From NCBI GenBank assembly GCA_964527765.1, contig CAZGQR010000003.1:6156-70155 (forward strand): a stretch of DNA of 64,000 nt, written 5' to 3'. Of this stretch, positions 9,817 to 20,420 are shown piece by piece (position 1 is the first letter of the stretch; each line of letters begins with the position of its first letter). The notes below the pieces were generated by a model, which saw nothing but the letters and a program-made list of their open reading frames with translations, searched no databases and was not told the origin of the DNA. The position numbers and the translations under genes were made by a program. The stretch is from an uncultured Planctomycetia bacterium (GTDB lineage: Bacteria; Omnitrophota; Gorgyraeia; Tantalellales; Tantalellaceae).

Positions 9817-10950
9817 ATGAAAAAAAACATCCTCATAATAACCGGCGAGCCTTCCGGCGACATGCGCGCCGGTGAACTCATCAGGGAGCTTAAGGAATTT
9901 CTTCCGGATATCTCTTTCTGGGGTATCGGCGGCGATCGCATGCGTGCGCAGAACGTGGAACTGATAGAGCATATCCAGCACTTTTCCCTGGTCGGCGCGT
10001 GGGAAGTCGTCAAAAACCTGTCCCGGATCCGCAGGCACTACAAGAACTTGATCAGGAACATACGGAAAAGAAAACCCGACCTGGCGATCCTGATCGATTA
10101 TCCGGGGTTCAATCTGAGGGTAGCCAGATTCCTTCACAGTGAAAAAATACCGGTTATCTACTACATAATACCGCAGGTCTGGGCATGGGGGCGTCACAGG
10201 CTGAAATCGCTAAAACGCTTTGTAGACAAGGCGCTTGTCCTTTTTAAGTTCGAAGAACATTTTCTTAAACAGGCCGGCATAGATTGCGAATTCGTGGGAC
10301 ATCCTTTACTGGATAACATTACTTCATCCGGAGGTCCGGCGGCCAGGAGCGGCGCCTTCACCATAGCCCTTCTTCCCGGTTCCCGGAAAAACGAGATACT
10401 GGGTATATTCCCCGTCATGCTTGAGGCCGCGGAAAAAATACACGGGCAGCGGAAGGACGTTCAGTTCGTTGTCGCGGAAAACTCCAATGTTGACAAAAGT
10501 CTATATGATTCGGCTCTCGCGGGACACGGCGGCCTTACCGTATCCCGCTTTACGAACGACACATTCACCTGTCTTGACCGCTGTGATTTTGCCATGGTGA
10601 CTTCCGGCACGGCCACGCTGGAGACGGCTATCATGGAAAAACCGATGGTAATCGTATACCGCGCAGCTTTCCTGACGTATGTCCTTTTCCGCCTCTTCAT
10701 GAGGATCCCTTTCATCGGCCTGGCCAACATAATAGCCGGGGAGGAGGTCGCCCCCGAACTGCTTCAGGGAAATTGCACATCGGAAAAACTATATCGGAAG
10801 GTCCTGGAGATCACGGGCGATGATTCCCGCATGCGGTCCATGAAGAGCAAATTGAGGGAAGTCAAACGTTCTCTGGGAGAGAGGGGAGCAAGTAGAAAAG
10901 CCGCTGAAACGATAAGCCGGTTTATTGAAGAAAAGATCCCCGCTAAATAA
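9817..10950 (+). CDS. lpxB: Lipid-A-disaccharide synthase
   Basis: GEPSGD, IDYPGFN, PQVWAW, FVGHP, LLPGSR, SGTATLE. Confidence 0.97.
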   Translation: MKKNILIITGEPSGDMRAGELIRELKEFLPDISFWGIGGDRMRAQNVELIEHIQHFSLVGAWEVVKNLSRIRRHYKNLIRNIRKRKPDLAILIDYPGFNLRVARFLHSEKIPVIYYIIPQVWAWGRHRLKSLKRFVDKALVLFKFEEHFLKQAGIDCEFVGHPLLDNITSSGGPAARSGAFTIALLPGSRKNEILGIFPVMLEAAEKIHGQRKDVQFVVAENSNVDKSLYDSALAGHGGLTVSRFTNDTFTCLDRCDFAMVTSGTATLETAIMEKPMVIVYRAAFLTYVLFRLFMRIPFIGLANIIAGEEVAPELLQGNCTSEKLYRKVLEITGDDSRMRSMKSKLREVKRSLGERGASRKAAETISRFIEEKIPAK

Positions 10951-11743
10951 CCTTCACTACGATATTATTCGCATCCGCTATCTTTATCAGCTCTTCCCTG
11001 TCAACAAGGAACATCTTGCCGTTTTCAATGGCAAGCGCGCTGAACCCATTATCAGAAAGCCCGGTCATCGTATCGGGCCCTACAGTGGGGACATCCCACC
11101 TCGGATCCTGCCTGGGGCGGCTTACCTTTACCATGACGCATCCCCGTCCGGCTACTTCCCTGGCCCTTTTGATCGTGGCGTCGGTCCCTTCCATGGCCTC
11201 AATGGCGACAACCGCCCTTTCCTTGACGACCACCGTCTGCCCGACATCCATCCCGGCTATCTCTTTGGCGACATCATATCCTATCTTTATGTCCTCTTCA
11301 ATGCGCGCGTCGGGCGCTGCCCGGCTCAAAACGCCCTTTTCGGGCAAAAGGTGCGAAAGATACCGCATGCTGTCTATGACCTCAACGCCGATCCGGCCGA
11401 GGTGCCTGGTGATCTCCTCGAGAATGGAATAATCTTTTTTGTTCTGCAAACTTTTCAAGGCGATCCGGGCCTCTTCATCGTATGTTCCCTTTTTATATAT
11501 GACGCTCTTATCCACCTTTCCGACAAGCGCCAGGTGTTTTATTCTTTCTTTGAGCAATAAAAATCCGAATTTCCTGTACTGGCCTACATCCATCCAGTAC
11601 ACCTTGTCAGTTTCCTTGTCAAGCTGTGACGAGGCCATCCCCCGGATGGCGAAGACCACCACGGTATCCCCTGCTTTTTTGGCCGCCCGGACAAACTCCA
11701 CGGGTAAAACCCCCGCTCCCGCGATCAATGCGACCTTGCCCAT
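10943..11743 (-). CDS. lpxI: UDP-2,3-diacylglucosamine diphosphatase
   Basis: IAGAGVLP, DVGQTVVV, IEAMEGTDATI, QDPRWDVPTVG. Confidence 0.93.
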   Translation of the reverse strand: MGKVALIAGAGVLPVEFVRAAKKAGDTVVVFAIRGMASSQLDKETDKVYWMDVGQYRKFGFLLLKERIKHLALVGKVDKSVIYKKGTYDEEARIALKSLQNKKDYSILEEITRHLGRIGVEVIDSMRYLSHLLPEKGVLSRAAPDARIEEDIKIGYDVAKEIAGMDVGQTVVVKERAVVAIEAMEGTDATIKRAREVAGRGCVMVKVSRPRQDPRWDVPTVGPDTMTGLSDNGFSALAIENGKMFLVDREELIKIADANNIVVKVI

Positions 11744-11752
11744 TGTGCTTCC

Positions 11753-12217
11753 TTACTCCTTATCGATAAGACTGAACATCAGATCCGCCTCGCAGACGAC
11801 TTTCCCGTCCACGCTGGCCTCTCCGTGCGTCTGCACTATGTTGCCGCGGCTTACCTTCGTAAGCGCGACATGAAGAAACAGCTGATCGCCGGGAATTACG
11901 GGCTTCCTGAATTTCGCGTTATTGATCGTCATAAAGAAAGCCAGCTTGTTCTCGTTCCCGCTGCCTATGAGCGCAAGGATACCGCCGACCTGCGCAAGCG
12001 CTTCGATCATAAGGACACCCGGCATGATCGGTTCGCCGGGAAAATGCCCCTGGAAAAAAAGCTCGTTCATGGTAACGTTCTTGATGGCTTTTATCCACTT
12101 ACCGTCTTCATAATCAACTACCCTGTCAACCAGAAGAAACGGATACCTGTGTGGAAGCAGTGCCATGATTCTCTTGATGTCCACTGTTTTGCTGCTCATT
12201 ATCTTATCCTCCTGCAT
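11753..12217 (-). CDS. fabZ: 3-hydroxyacyl-ACP dehydratase
   Basis: [29 protein letters not shown]. Confidence 0.97.
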   Translation of the reverse strand: MQEDKIMSSKTVDIKRIMALLPHRYPFLLVDRVVDYEDGKWIKAIKNVTMNELFFQGHFPGEPIMPGVLMIEALAQVGGILALIGSGNENKLAFFMTINNAKFRKPVIPGDQLFLHVALTKVSRGNIVQTHGEASVDGKVVCEADLMFSLIDKE

Positions 12218-13089
12218 TACGATCTGTGCTCTTTACTGTTCTGAAACTCAGGGCTCACGTATTTATCATATATTTTCCTGATCATCCTGACATTGAGGTT
12301 ATGTCCGGATCTTTCGGCCATTACCCTGCCGATGACCGGCCGTCCGAGCATGTAAAGATCGCCTATAAGATCCAGGACCTTGTGCCGCACCGGTTCATTT
12401 GGAAACCGCAAGGTTGTGCCGACCGGACCGTTATTATCCATGACCAATGTATTCTCCAAGGTGGCCCCCTGCCCCAGACCGGCTTTCAAGAGCGCTTCGG
12501 CTTCCGCTTTGAGGCAAAAAGTCCTTGCGGGCGCTATTTCCTTTTCAAACAGGTCCTGGTCCGGCGCTATGTCAAAGATCTCGCGGCCTATGGAAGGGAC
12601 GTCGTAATCGATAAGGTAGGAAACACTGAAAACATCGTCAGGGGACAGAGTAAGCGAGCTCCCCTTTTCTTCGACCCGTTCCTCCTCCCGGATCCTTATG
12701 GGGCGCCTCATGGACGATTGCTCGACAGAGCCCGCTTCTTTCAGGGGCCCGAAAAAACCCATGGCGCTTCCGTCAAGCGCCGGGAGCTCAGCCCCGTTAA
12801 GTTCAAGCGTCAGATTGTCGATCCCCAGGGCCCACAAAGCGGCGAGAAAGTGCTCAACGGTCTGGACTTCCAGCGCACCGGTACCTATCGTGCTTCTTCG
12901 CGTATGAGCGCTTGAAAATATGCCGTCGTTCAGTCGCAAACCGGGCGCGTCCGGAAGATCTTTTCTTTTAAAAACTATGCCCTCATCCGGATGCGCGGGC
13001 TTGCAGACAGCATCGACCCTGCGTCCTGTCTGAAGAGCCCTGCCGGAAAAACGGACCTCCCCTCTGATGGTTCTCTGGCTTTCCGCCAT
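12217..13089 (-). CDS. lpxC: UDP-3-O-acyl-GlcNAc deacetylase
   Basis: [35 protein letters not shown]. Confidence 0.95.
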   Translation of the reverse strand: MAESQRTIRGEVRFSGRALQTGRRVDAVCKPAHPDEGIVFKRKDLPDAPGLRLNDGIFSSAHTRRSTIGTGALEVQTVEHFLAALWALGIDNLTLELNGAELPALDGSAMGFFGPLKEAGSVEQSSMRRPIRIREEERVEEKGSSLTLSPDDVFSVSYLIDYDVPSIGREIFDIAPDQDLFEKEIAPARTFCLKAEAEALLKAGLGQGATLENTLVMDNNGPVGTTLRFPNEPVRHKVLDLIGDLYMLGRPVIGRVMAERSGHNLNVRMIRKIYDKYVSPEFQNSKEHRS

Positions 13090-13183
13090 TACCGTTCCTT
13101 CTGGATCTTAGAAAATTAACGGATAGCATTTAGTTCTCACTGTATACGCTATCCGCCAATTTTCATCGCGTGTTATCCCGGTA

Positions 13184-13693
13184 TTATTTGTTGAGTTGTT
13201 TCACGACCTTCTCTGTAAGGTCAAAGCTTTCTTTCGCGTACATTATATTCCGCGAATCGAAAATATAATCATATCCTTCCTTTTTGCCCAGTTCTTCGAC
13301 CACTTTCTGGATGTCTTCGACCACCTCGCGGAACATGTCGTTCTTCTTGGTCAGGATCTCCTGTCTGGTTCCCCTGTCGAATTCCTGAAGTTTCACCAGT
13401 TCGGCGTCTATCTCGCCCTGCTTTTTGCTTCTGGCATCACCGCTGAGAAGCTCTATTTTATCCCTTAGTTTCGTGATCTTTTCGACCATCTTATCGCGTT
13501 CTTTCTGGCGATCCTCGGTAAGGCCGTTAAGTTCGTTTTCCATTTTTTTCGTTTTTTCATATTCATAGAACGCCCGCCTGAGGTCCACATACCCCATCTT
13601 GCCGCCCTGGGCATGGCTCAAGGGCGCCAGAAAGCCGAACGCAACAAAACCCGTCATCAAAAATACCAACACTTTTTTAGCTGAGCTAAACAT
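13184..13693 (-). CDS. skp: OmpH/Skp periplasmic chaperone
   Basis: Signal peptide, KMGYVD, coiled coil, GYDYIF...DLTEKV; follows bamA. Confidence 0.9.
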   Translation of the reverse strand: MFSSAKKVLVFLMTGFVAFGFLAPLSHAQGGKMGYVDLRRAFYEYEKTKKMENELNGLTEDRQKERDKMVEKITKLRDKIELLSGDARSKKQGEIDAELVKLQEFDRGTRQEILTKKNDMFREVVEDIQKVVEELGKKEGYDYIFDSRNIMYAKESFDLTEKVVKQLNK

Positions 13694-13757
13694 TTCCCTT
13701 CTCCTCTCTTATTTTTTCTTGCCGCACACTATAACCCTGTACACCGTATATTGCGCG

Positions 13758-16070
13758 CTAAAAACCGTGGCTTACGCTGAACCAGAATTGCCCTTCTTTC
13801 TTGTCGCCGTGGTTATCGCTGAGCGGATATCCATAATCCAGCTTCAGCGGACCGATAGGGGTCTTTACGCGTATCCCGATACCGGCAGCCTGCTTGTAGC
13901 TGGTATTGGTGAACAGCTCTTCCGCATCCCTCATCACGTTGCCCACATCGTAGAAAACAGCGCCTTTCATCAGTTTCTTCCATATGGGGAAAGTGAGCTC
14001 GGCATTGCCTATGATCATGGCATCGCCGCCAAGGACATTGTTGCGGCTGTCTCTGGGGCCGACGGCTCTTTGTTTGTAACCTCGTATCGTCGTCGCGCCC
14101 CCGGCAAAAAAGCGTTCATAGATGGGTACTTTATCTGTGCTTGCATAAGGCGCGGCCATACCCGTTCGTCCCTTGATCTCCAGGACCAGACTTTCGAGGA
14201 TACTATAATAAAAACTGGTGTGCAGGTAACCCTTGACAAAATCCTTGCTGCCGCCTATGAAACCGCCGGCGTTTTCCAGCGACATGCCGGCGATCCATCC
14301 TTTCGTGGGCGAATATTTGTTGTCGCGCGTATCATACTGCAGGTTCCACGTAAGACGGCTCAGCATGTTATCCCCAGCTTCATCCCGGAGATCCTGGCTG
14401 GCATCATCCGGAATGTTGGATATCTTGACTTCCTCAAGATTATAGATAAGACCGGTGCTCAGTTCATCGGTTATTTCTTTCCCGAGTCTGAGAGATCCGC
14501 CGGTACGTATTTCGTCATAATCGTACCCGGTTGAACCGTATTTCAGGTGCTCCTCGCGGTAGGCGTCAAACCCGAACAGGTACGGAAGATCGAATATCCA
14601 GGGGTCGGTCCAGCTCAAAAAGTAATTTGTCCTCGCGCTTCCTATTTCACCCCTTATGACAAGATCCTGTCCGCCCCCGGTAAAGGTGGGAAAATTCAGG
14701 ATATCAAAATTCCTTTGCCGGATCTGGGCAAATCCGATAAACGCATCCACGGAACTATAACCGCCGCCGAAGGACAATTCCCCTGTCTTGGTCTCTTTCA
14801 CGGTAACGTTCAGATCCTTGATATCCTCCTCGTCGGTCGGAACCGTTTCGAAATAGACATCCTCAAAAAATCCGAGGTTATAGATCCGCTCCTTGCTTTT
14901 CTTGAGCTTTTCGCCGTCATACTTCGCTCCCGGATATACTCTGAGTTCCCTTCGTACGACCTTGTCCCTGGTCTTCGTATTGCCTATGATGTTGATCTTG
15001 CCGACATAAACCTCGTCATGGGCCTGGATATCATAGACAATATCCATCCTGTCCGTAACATGGTTGTATTTGTGGCGCAGGTCGATCTCCGCGTCCATAT
15101 ATCCCTTGTCGTAGTAGAACGCGCGTATACCGTCCACGTCCTCTTTGATCTTATCGTAATCGAAGGAATCGCCGGCTTTCATGGTGATCTTTGTGCGTAT
15201 CTCTTTCTCCGGGAACGCCAGGTCCCCGCGGATCCCTATATCCCCTACCAAATATTCCTTCCCTTCATCGACTATGACCGTCAAATGCATCTCTTTCCCG
15301 TCCGGCGAATAATCTACCCTGCTGGTGACGCGGGCATCGAGAAAACCCTTGCTCCTGTACACGCTTCTTATTCTGTTGAGATCCGCTTCAAACTCTTCCT
15401 CGTTAAAAGCGCCTTTCCGGATAAACCACCATGCCGTCTTGGTCGCCATGTATTTCTTCAATTCATTGTCGGGAATGCTCTTATTCCCCTCGATCTCTAT
15501 GCTCTTGATCCTCAGTGGATACCCCTCATCTATCAGGAAAACAAGCGTTGCCTGTCCCGTCTCCGGGTCGGTCTCGATACTGTAATCGATCCTGGCGCGG
15601 CTGTATCCCTGCTCAATATAATAAGCCTTGAGTTCGGCGACATCCTGCGCGACCAGATTGAAATCCAGCAAGTCCCCTACTTTAACGGTCAATTTTTTGG
15701 CCAGCCGCGCTTCCTTGACCCTGGCGTTCCCCCGAAATTCGATCTTGTCTATCGCCGGCTTTTCAACCACGGTGAAAACCACTACTACGCCCTCAGCGCG
15801 TTCCTCCGTCTCAACGAACACGTCGGCGAAATACCCCATGGCATAAAGACGCTTCAACTCCTTGTTAAGGGCGCTCTCTACGAACTGGTCTCCCGGCTTT
15901 ATCTTCAGCCTGCTTAAAATAGTGGCGGTTGAAACAGCCTTGTTGCCCTTTATCCGGATATCGCTTATGCGCTTATCGCTTGAAAATGCGCCCTGACCCC
16001 AGACAAGGCCGTAAGAACTCATGACGAGAAAAATCGGAACAAGAATGAATAAAAACATTTTTTTTCTCAT
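13758..16070 (-). CDS. bamA: Outer membrane protein assembly factor BamA
   Basis: POTRA repeats, GNTKTRDKVVRRE, ERFFAGGATTIRGY, TPIGPLKLDYG, C-terminal Phe. Confidence 0.96.
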   Translation of the reverse strand: MRKKMFLFILVPIFLVMSSYGLVWGQGAFSSDKRISDIRIKGNKAVSTATILSRLKIKPGDQFVESALNKELKRLYAMGYFADVFVETEERAEGVVVVFTVVEKPAIDKIEFRGNARVKEARLAKKLTVKVGDLLDFNLVAQDVAELKAYYIEQGYSRARIDYSIETDPETGQATLVFLIDEGYPLRIKSIEIEGNKSIPDNELKKYMATKTAWWFIRKGAFNEEEFEADLNRIRSVYRSKGFLDARVTSRVDYSPDGKEMHLTVIVDEGKEYLVGDIGIRGDLAFPEKEIRTKITMKAGDSFDYDKIKEDVDGIRAFYYDKGYMDAEIDLRHKYNHVTDRMDIVYDIQAHDEVYVGKINIIGNTKTRDKVVRRELRVYPGAKYDGEKLKKSKERIYNLGFFEDVYFETVPTDEEDIKDLNVTVKETKTGELSFGGGYSSVDAFIGFAQIRQRNFDILNFPTFTGGGQDLVIRGEIGSARTNYFLSWTDPWIFDLPYLFGFDAYREEHLKYGSTGYDYDEIRTGGSLRLGKEITDELSTGLIYNLEEVKISNIPDDASQDLRDEAGDNMLSRLTWNLQYDTRDNKYSPTKGWIAGMSLENAGGFIGGSKDFVKGYLHTSFYYSILESLVLEIKGRTGMAAPYASTDKVPIYERFFAGGATTIRGYKQRAVGPRDSRNNVLGGDAMIIGNAELTFPIWKKLMKGAVFYDVGNVMRDAEELFTNTSYKQAAGIGIRVKTPIGPLKLDYGYPLSDNHGDKKEGQFWFSVSHGF

Positions 16071-16072
16071 CG

Positions 16073-17428
16073 TCAAAAACCTTCCTCCTCTTCTGTCCTG
16101 GACAGATTGCTGAACCTGGTATATTCAGGCAGGAAAGCCAGTTTGATCGTTCCGACAGGGCCATGTCTCTGCTTTGCCACTATGACTTCCGCTATCCCTT
16201 TATTCTCTTCTGTCGGACTATAATATTCCTCCCTCAGAAGCAATATGACCACGTCCGCATCCTGTTCGATAGCTCCCGATTCTCTGAGGTCGGAAAGCAT
16301 CGGACGGTGATCGGTCCTTTGTTCCACCGCCCTGGAAAGCTGGCTTATGGCGATGATGGGTATGTTCAGCTCGCGCGCCAGGGCTTTCATGGAACGGGAT
16401 ATCTCTGATATTTCCTGCTGCCTGTTTTCTTTCCCGGACGCGCCCCTCATCAGCTGCAGATAATCGACAATGAGCATCTGTATATCGTGCCTGGCCTTTA
16501 ACCTTCTCGCCTTGGCCCTTACTTCGAGAGATGATATACCGGGCGTGTCATCGATAAAGATGGGAGCTTCCGAAAGTTTTCCGGCCGCCGCTACAAGCTT
16601 GGGCCAGTCCGTCTGAGAGAAAAAGCCCGTTCTTACCTTATGGGCATTGACCCCTGCCAGGGAGCAAAGCATTCTCTGCGCAAGCTGGTCCTTTGACATC
16701 TCAAGGCTGAAATACGCGCAAGGGACCTTTTCTACCACGCCGGCGTATCCCAGCATGGAGATCGCCAGGGCGCTCTTGCCCATGGAAGGACGTCCCGCAA
16801 GCACGATAAAATCCGATTTCTGGAGACCCGCGGTTTTTACGTCCAGGTCATGGAAACCGGTGGGGATGCCGATGATATTTTCTTTTCTCTGATAGAGATG
16901 ATCGATCAGCTCGATACTTTCCTTGACGACATCTTTCATCTCGAAAACATGCATGTCATGTTTCTGGTGGGAGGTGATGTCGAATATCAGCCTTTCGGCC
17001 TTGTCCAGCAGTTCGTCCACTTCGCTGGAGGGCTCAAAACTTTCCGACACGATCTGCGTGGCGGTATTGATCAGACGCCTCAAAAGATATTTTTCCCGGA
17101 CGATCTTCGCGTAATGATCTATATTGGCCGCGGTAGGTATGCTGTTGGCAAGTTCCGTGATGTAAGCAGGGCCGCCTATTTTGTCCAGCATGTCCCTCTT
17201 TTTCAGTTCCTCGATGAGGGTGACAATATCAACGGCTTCATTTTCATCGTAAAGCTTGACAATGGCCTTGAAGATCTTCCTGTTGGCCTCGTCATAAAAT
17301 GCGGCCCCCTCAAGTTGTTCTATGGCTTTGGCTATGGCCTCCCTGTCAAGCAGCATAGACCCAAGAACCGCGATCTCTGCCTCGGCATTCTGCGGAGGTA
17401 CTTTTTCGATAAGAGTCTTTGGAATCAT
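16073..17428 (-). CDS. dnaB: Replicative DNA helicase
   Basis: PPQNAEAE, AGRPSMGKS, IVDYLQL, SDLRESGAIEQDAD; no intein. Confidence 0.98.
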   Translation of the reverse strand: MIPKTLIEKVPPQNAEAEIAVLGSMLLDREAIAKAIEQLEGAAFYDEANRKIFKAIVKLYDENEAVDIVTLIEELKKRDMLDKIGGPAYITELANSIPTAANIDHYAKIVREKYLLRRLINTATQIVSESFEPSSEVDELLDKAERLIFDITSHQKHDMHVFEMKDVVKESIELIDHLYQRKENIIGIPTGFHDLDVKTAGLQKSDFIVLAGRPSMGKSALAISMLGYAGVVEKVPCAYFSLEMSKDQLAQRMLCSLAGVNAHKVRTGFFSQTDWPKLVAAAGKLSEAPIFIDDTPGISSLEVRAKARRLKARHDIQMLIVDYLQLMRGASGKENRQQEISEISRSMKALARELNIPIIAISQLSRAVEQRTDHRPMLSDLRESGAIEQDADVVILLLREEYYSPTEENKGIAEVIVAKQRHGPVGTIKLAFLPEYTRFSNLSRTEEEEGF

Positions 17429-17440
17429 CGGAAGGTACTG

Positions 17441-17884
17441 TTATTTTTTCACGACCCAGACCCTGAGCTGAGTCTTGACCTCAGGGTGCAGGCGAACATC
17501 AACGCTATAAACGCCCAGTGCTTTTATCGGTTCCTCAAGAACGATTTTTTTCCTGTCGATCTCGATGCCGTCCGCGCGCAAACCCTCGGCGATCATCTCT
17601 GAGGTAACAGAGCCGAAGAGCTTGTCCCCTTCTCCCGCATCCACTGAAATAGTGCAGGATGCTGCCGTTATCTTTTCAGCGAGTCTCTCGCATTCTTCCT
17701 TTAGCTGGCTTTCCCTGCGCTGCTTTTCCCGCTTTTTCTGCTCCAGCATGCGCAAGGCTCCTTTCGTGACCTCTGCGGCGAGCTTCTTCGGGATCAGGTA
17801 ATTCCTGGCGTACCCGTCCTTCACCGTCACCTCATCCCCGATGCCGCCCAGCTTCTCCACGTCCTTTATTAAGATCACCTTCAC
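17441..17884 (-). CDS. rplI: 50S ribosomal protein L9
   Basis: KVILIKDVEKLG...VKDGYARNYLIP, KLFGSVT. Confidence 0.98.
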   Translation of the reverse strand: MKVILIKDVEKLGGIGDEVTVKDGYARNYLIPKKLAAEVTKGALRMLEQKKREKQRRESQLKEECERLAEKITAASCTISVDAGEGDKLFGSVTSEMIAEGLRADGIEIDRKKIVLEEPIKALGVYSVDVRLHPEVKTQLRVWVVKK

Positions 17885-18162
17885 GTTTCTTCCCTCGATC
17901 TTCTTCGCGGCAGCCCTTCTTTTATCCTGACGAACGGCAACAAAGCGGCCAGCCGCGCTCTTTTGATCCCGTTAGCGACCATGCGCTGGTGTCTGGCACA
18001 ATTCCCCGTGATGCGGGGGCTGATGATTCTGCCCCTGTCGGACACGAATTTATTGAGAAGGTCGATATTCTTATAATCTATCGATTTCACTTTCTCCCTG
18101 CATAGCCGGCATGGTTTCTTTTTAAAGATCCTTCGGGGTTTTTTAACGATCTTTTTTTTCAC
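17881..18162 (-). CDS. rpsR: 30S ribosomal protein S18
   Basis: CRLC..IDYKN, RITGNCARHQR, ARLAALLPF. Confidence 0.97.
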   Translation of the reverse strand: MKKKIVKKPRRIFKKKPCRLCREKVKSIDYKNIDLLNKFVSDRGRIISPRITGNCARHQRMVANGIKRARLAALLPFVRIKEGLPRRRSREET

Positions 18163-18189
18163 GTTTCTCTCTCCGATTGTCTTCTTACT

Positions 18190-18651
18190 TTAAAATGGGG
18201 GTTCATCCCCTCCTGTTTCTTGATCCACGTCTATTGATTCAACTCTGCTGTATCCCTCGCGGGACTCCGCGCTTTCCGCGGCTTCACCGGGAACTCCTCT
18301 CGCCTGCTGCCTGTCTCCGCGCGCGCCCACGAACTGGACGCTTGTAGCCACGACATCCAGAGCGCTTCTTTTCTGTCCATCCTGGCCTTCCCACGTGCGG
18401 GACTTCAAACGGCCCTCCACCAGAACGGGCCTGCCCTTTGTGAGATATTCGCCGCAGACCTCAGCCATCTTACCCCAGACGACCACCCGGATGAATGAGA
18501 CATCTTCCTTTTTGTCGCCGGTATTATCTTTATAGATACGGTTCACTGCAACCGTAAAATTGGCAACCGCTGTCCCGCTTGGGATATATCTGAGTTCCGG
18601 ATCCCTTGTCAGGTTCCCCATCAAAAACACTTTATTCAAACTGGCAGCCAT
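18190..18651 (-). CDS. ssb: Single-stranded DNA-binding protein
   Basis: LNKVFLMGNLTRDPELRY, acidic C-terminus DEPPF. Confidence 0.98.
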   Translation of the reverse strand: MAASLNKVFLMGNLTRDPELRYIPSGTAVANFTVAVNRIYKDNTGDKKEDVSFIRVVVWGKMAEVCGEYLTKGRPVLVEGRLKSRTWEGQDGQKRSALDVVATSVQFVGARGDRQQARGVPGEAAESAESREGYSRVESIDVDQETGGDEPPF

Positions 18652-18718
18652 TATTCTGTCTCCTCTCGCTCTCCGGACCAGGGAACAGCAAGCGGGATCG
18701 CTTGCCGCTCACTAACGT

Positions 18719-19009
18719 CTACTTTGTTTTATCTATCAGCGTTCTCAGTATATCCGTGTTTATCCGGAATTGCCTCATCATCTTTGAAACGGCCTCCGGC
18801 AAAGCGGTAAAAGCCACTTCGTAATAAATGCCTTCGGATCTTTTTTTGACGGGGTAGACAAGAGACTTTTTCCCCACCATATTCTCCTTCACGACACTCC
18901 CGGAATTATCGCTGATGACGGAATTTATGCGTTTTTTTACCTCATCTATTCCGTCCTCTTTTTCGGGCGCGATGATGAACAATCCTAGATACGATCTTGT
19001 TTTTTCCAT
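18719..19009 (-). CDS. rpsF: 30S ribosomal protein S6
   Basis: GKKSLVYPVKKRSEGIY, DILR; rpsF-ssb-rpsR-rplI synteny. Confidence 0.9.
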   Translation of the reverse strand: MEKTRSYLGLFIIAPEKEDGIDEVKKRINSVISDNSGSVVKENMVGKKSLVYPVKKRSEGIYYEVAFTALPEAVSKMMRQFRINTDILRTLIDKTK

Positions 19010-19077
19010 ATTTTAGCACCAAAATTATTTGTTAGATAATAACATATAATACCAGCATAAATCAAGACAATTAACGA

Positions 19078-19635
19078 TCACCTGTTGTATCGGTCCATGG
19101 CTTTTTTCGTGCCTTCCACAAGCCACGTTTCAATGCATTCTACCGCTCTTTCCCGCATTTCATTCAAGACGGGTTTCTCTGCGCGGGGAAAAGGCGATAA
19201 AACATACGGGGCCAGATCCTTGACCGCCTTGCCCGTCCCCACACCCAGCCTTAACCTCGCAAAGTCCGGGCCTATCTCTTCTATTATGGATTGCAGGCCG
19301 TTATGCCCCCCGGAAGACCCCTTATTCCTCAACCTTATGCGCCCGAGCGATAGATTAAAATCATCGCTGACGACCAGAAGATCCTTTTTATCGCTTAATT
19401 TTGAAGAACAGACTGCCTTTACGGCCTCTCCGGAAAGGTTCATGTACGTTAAAGGCCTAAAGAGCATGATCTCCTGCCGGTGTGCGCGGCCGACACCATA
19501 TATGCCGGCAAAACCTTTTCTTCTAATGCTTATCCGGTGCTTTTTTGCAAGATCCTTAAGCACCAGAAACCCCACATTGTGCCTTGTCCCTCTGTACCTG
19601 AGCCCCGGGTTTCCCAGGCCTATGATTATTTTCAT
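19078..19635 (-). CDS. pth: Peptidyl-tRNA hydrolase
   Basis: GLGNPG..YRGTRHNVGF, YMNLSG, GGHNGL. Confidence 0.97.
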   Translation of the reverse strand: MKIIIGLGNPGLRYRGTRHNVGFLVLKDLAKKHRISIRRKGFAGIYGVGRAHRQEIMLFRPLTYMNLSGEAVKAVCSSKLSDKKDLLVVSDDFNLSLGRIRLRNKGSSGGHNGLQSIIEEIGPDFARLRLGVGTGKAVKDLAPYVLSPFPRAEKPVLNEMRERAVECIETWLVEGTKKAMDRYNR

Positions 19636-19693
19636 TGTTTTATATCGTGTATCGCGTATTGATCTGTTTCTGCCGCGATAAAATAAGAGGGCA

Positions 19694-20401
19694 TCATTCC
19701 TTTTCCTCGGGGGGAGTTTCTTCTTTGCCTTCAGCCGGAGCCTCCGCCTCTTCTTCCTCTTTCTTGCCCTTCTTTATGACCTCGGGCTCCTCTTCTCCCT
19801 CAGCCGGAGCTTCTTCCGCCACTTCTTCCTCCAGCTTGGGCGGGATCACCGACACCACCATCTGTTCGGGGTCGTTAAGAATAGACACCCCCTGCAGCGG
19901 CGCTATATCCTTGACATGAATAGAGTCGCCGATGCGCAGCTCTCCGACCTGAACATCCACGTGTTCCGGTATGTCCGCAGGCATGCACTCGACCTCCAGT
20001 TCCCATGTCTCCTGGGTCAGCACGCCGTCATCCTCTTTTACCCCCACGGCCTCGCCCTTTACGACAACGGGTACTTTGACCTTTAATTTTTGCTTCAGAG
20101 ATATCTCATGGAAGTCCACGTGCACGAAGCTGTCGTTAATAGGATCGTGCTGCACTTCTTTAACAATGACCGTCTTCTCGGTCTTTTTCTTGCCATCGGA
20201 AATATCCATGGTTATGATGGCATTCTCACCTGCTTCGGTATGCAGCGCATGCCACAGTTCCTTGCTGCCGACCTGAACGCTTACGGCTTTTTTCCCTTCC
20301 TTGTACACCACACCGGGGATCAGCCCCTCTTTCCTCAGATGCTTGCATCCGCTTTTACCGAAACTCTCCCTCAGTGCCGCTTCAAGAACTATTTTCTCCA
20401 T
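19694..20401 (-). CDS. rplY: 50S ribosomal protein L25/Ctc
   Basis: LRKEGLIPGVVY, HVDF, long Ctc form with acidic tail. Confidence 0.95.
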   Translation of the reverse strand: MEKIVLEAALRESFGKSGCKHLRKEGLIPGVVYKEGKKAVSVQVGSKELWHALHTEAGENAIITMDISDGKKKTEKTVIVKEVQHDPINDSFVHVDFHEISLKQKLKVKVPVVVKGEAVGVKEDDGVLTQETWELEVECMPADIPEHVDVQVGELRIGDSIHVKDIAPLQGVSILNDPEQMVVSVIPPKLEEEVAEEAPAEGEEEPEVIKKGKKEEEEAEAPAEGKEETPPEEKE

Positions 20402-20420
20402 TTATCCACCTCTTTCCAGG

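Noticed and set aside
16073-17428. Possible intein in DnaB
   Set aside because: Length (451 aa) and contiguous motifs match an uninterrupted helicase.
18688-18705. Small hairpin GCAAGCG-GGAT-CGCTTGC between rpsF and ssb, and CGGATAGC/GCTATCCG near 13120-13155
   Set aside because: Short intra-operon hairpins without U tracts; too little evidence to call a terminator or ncRNA.
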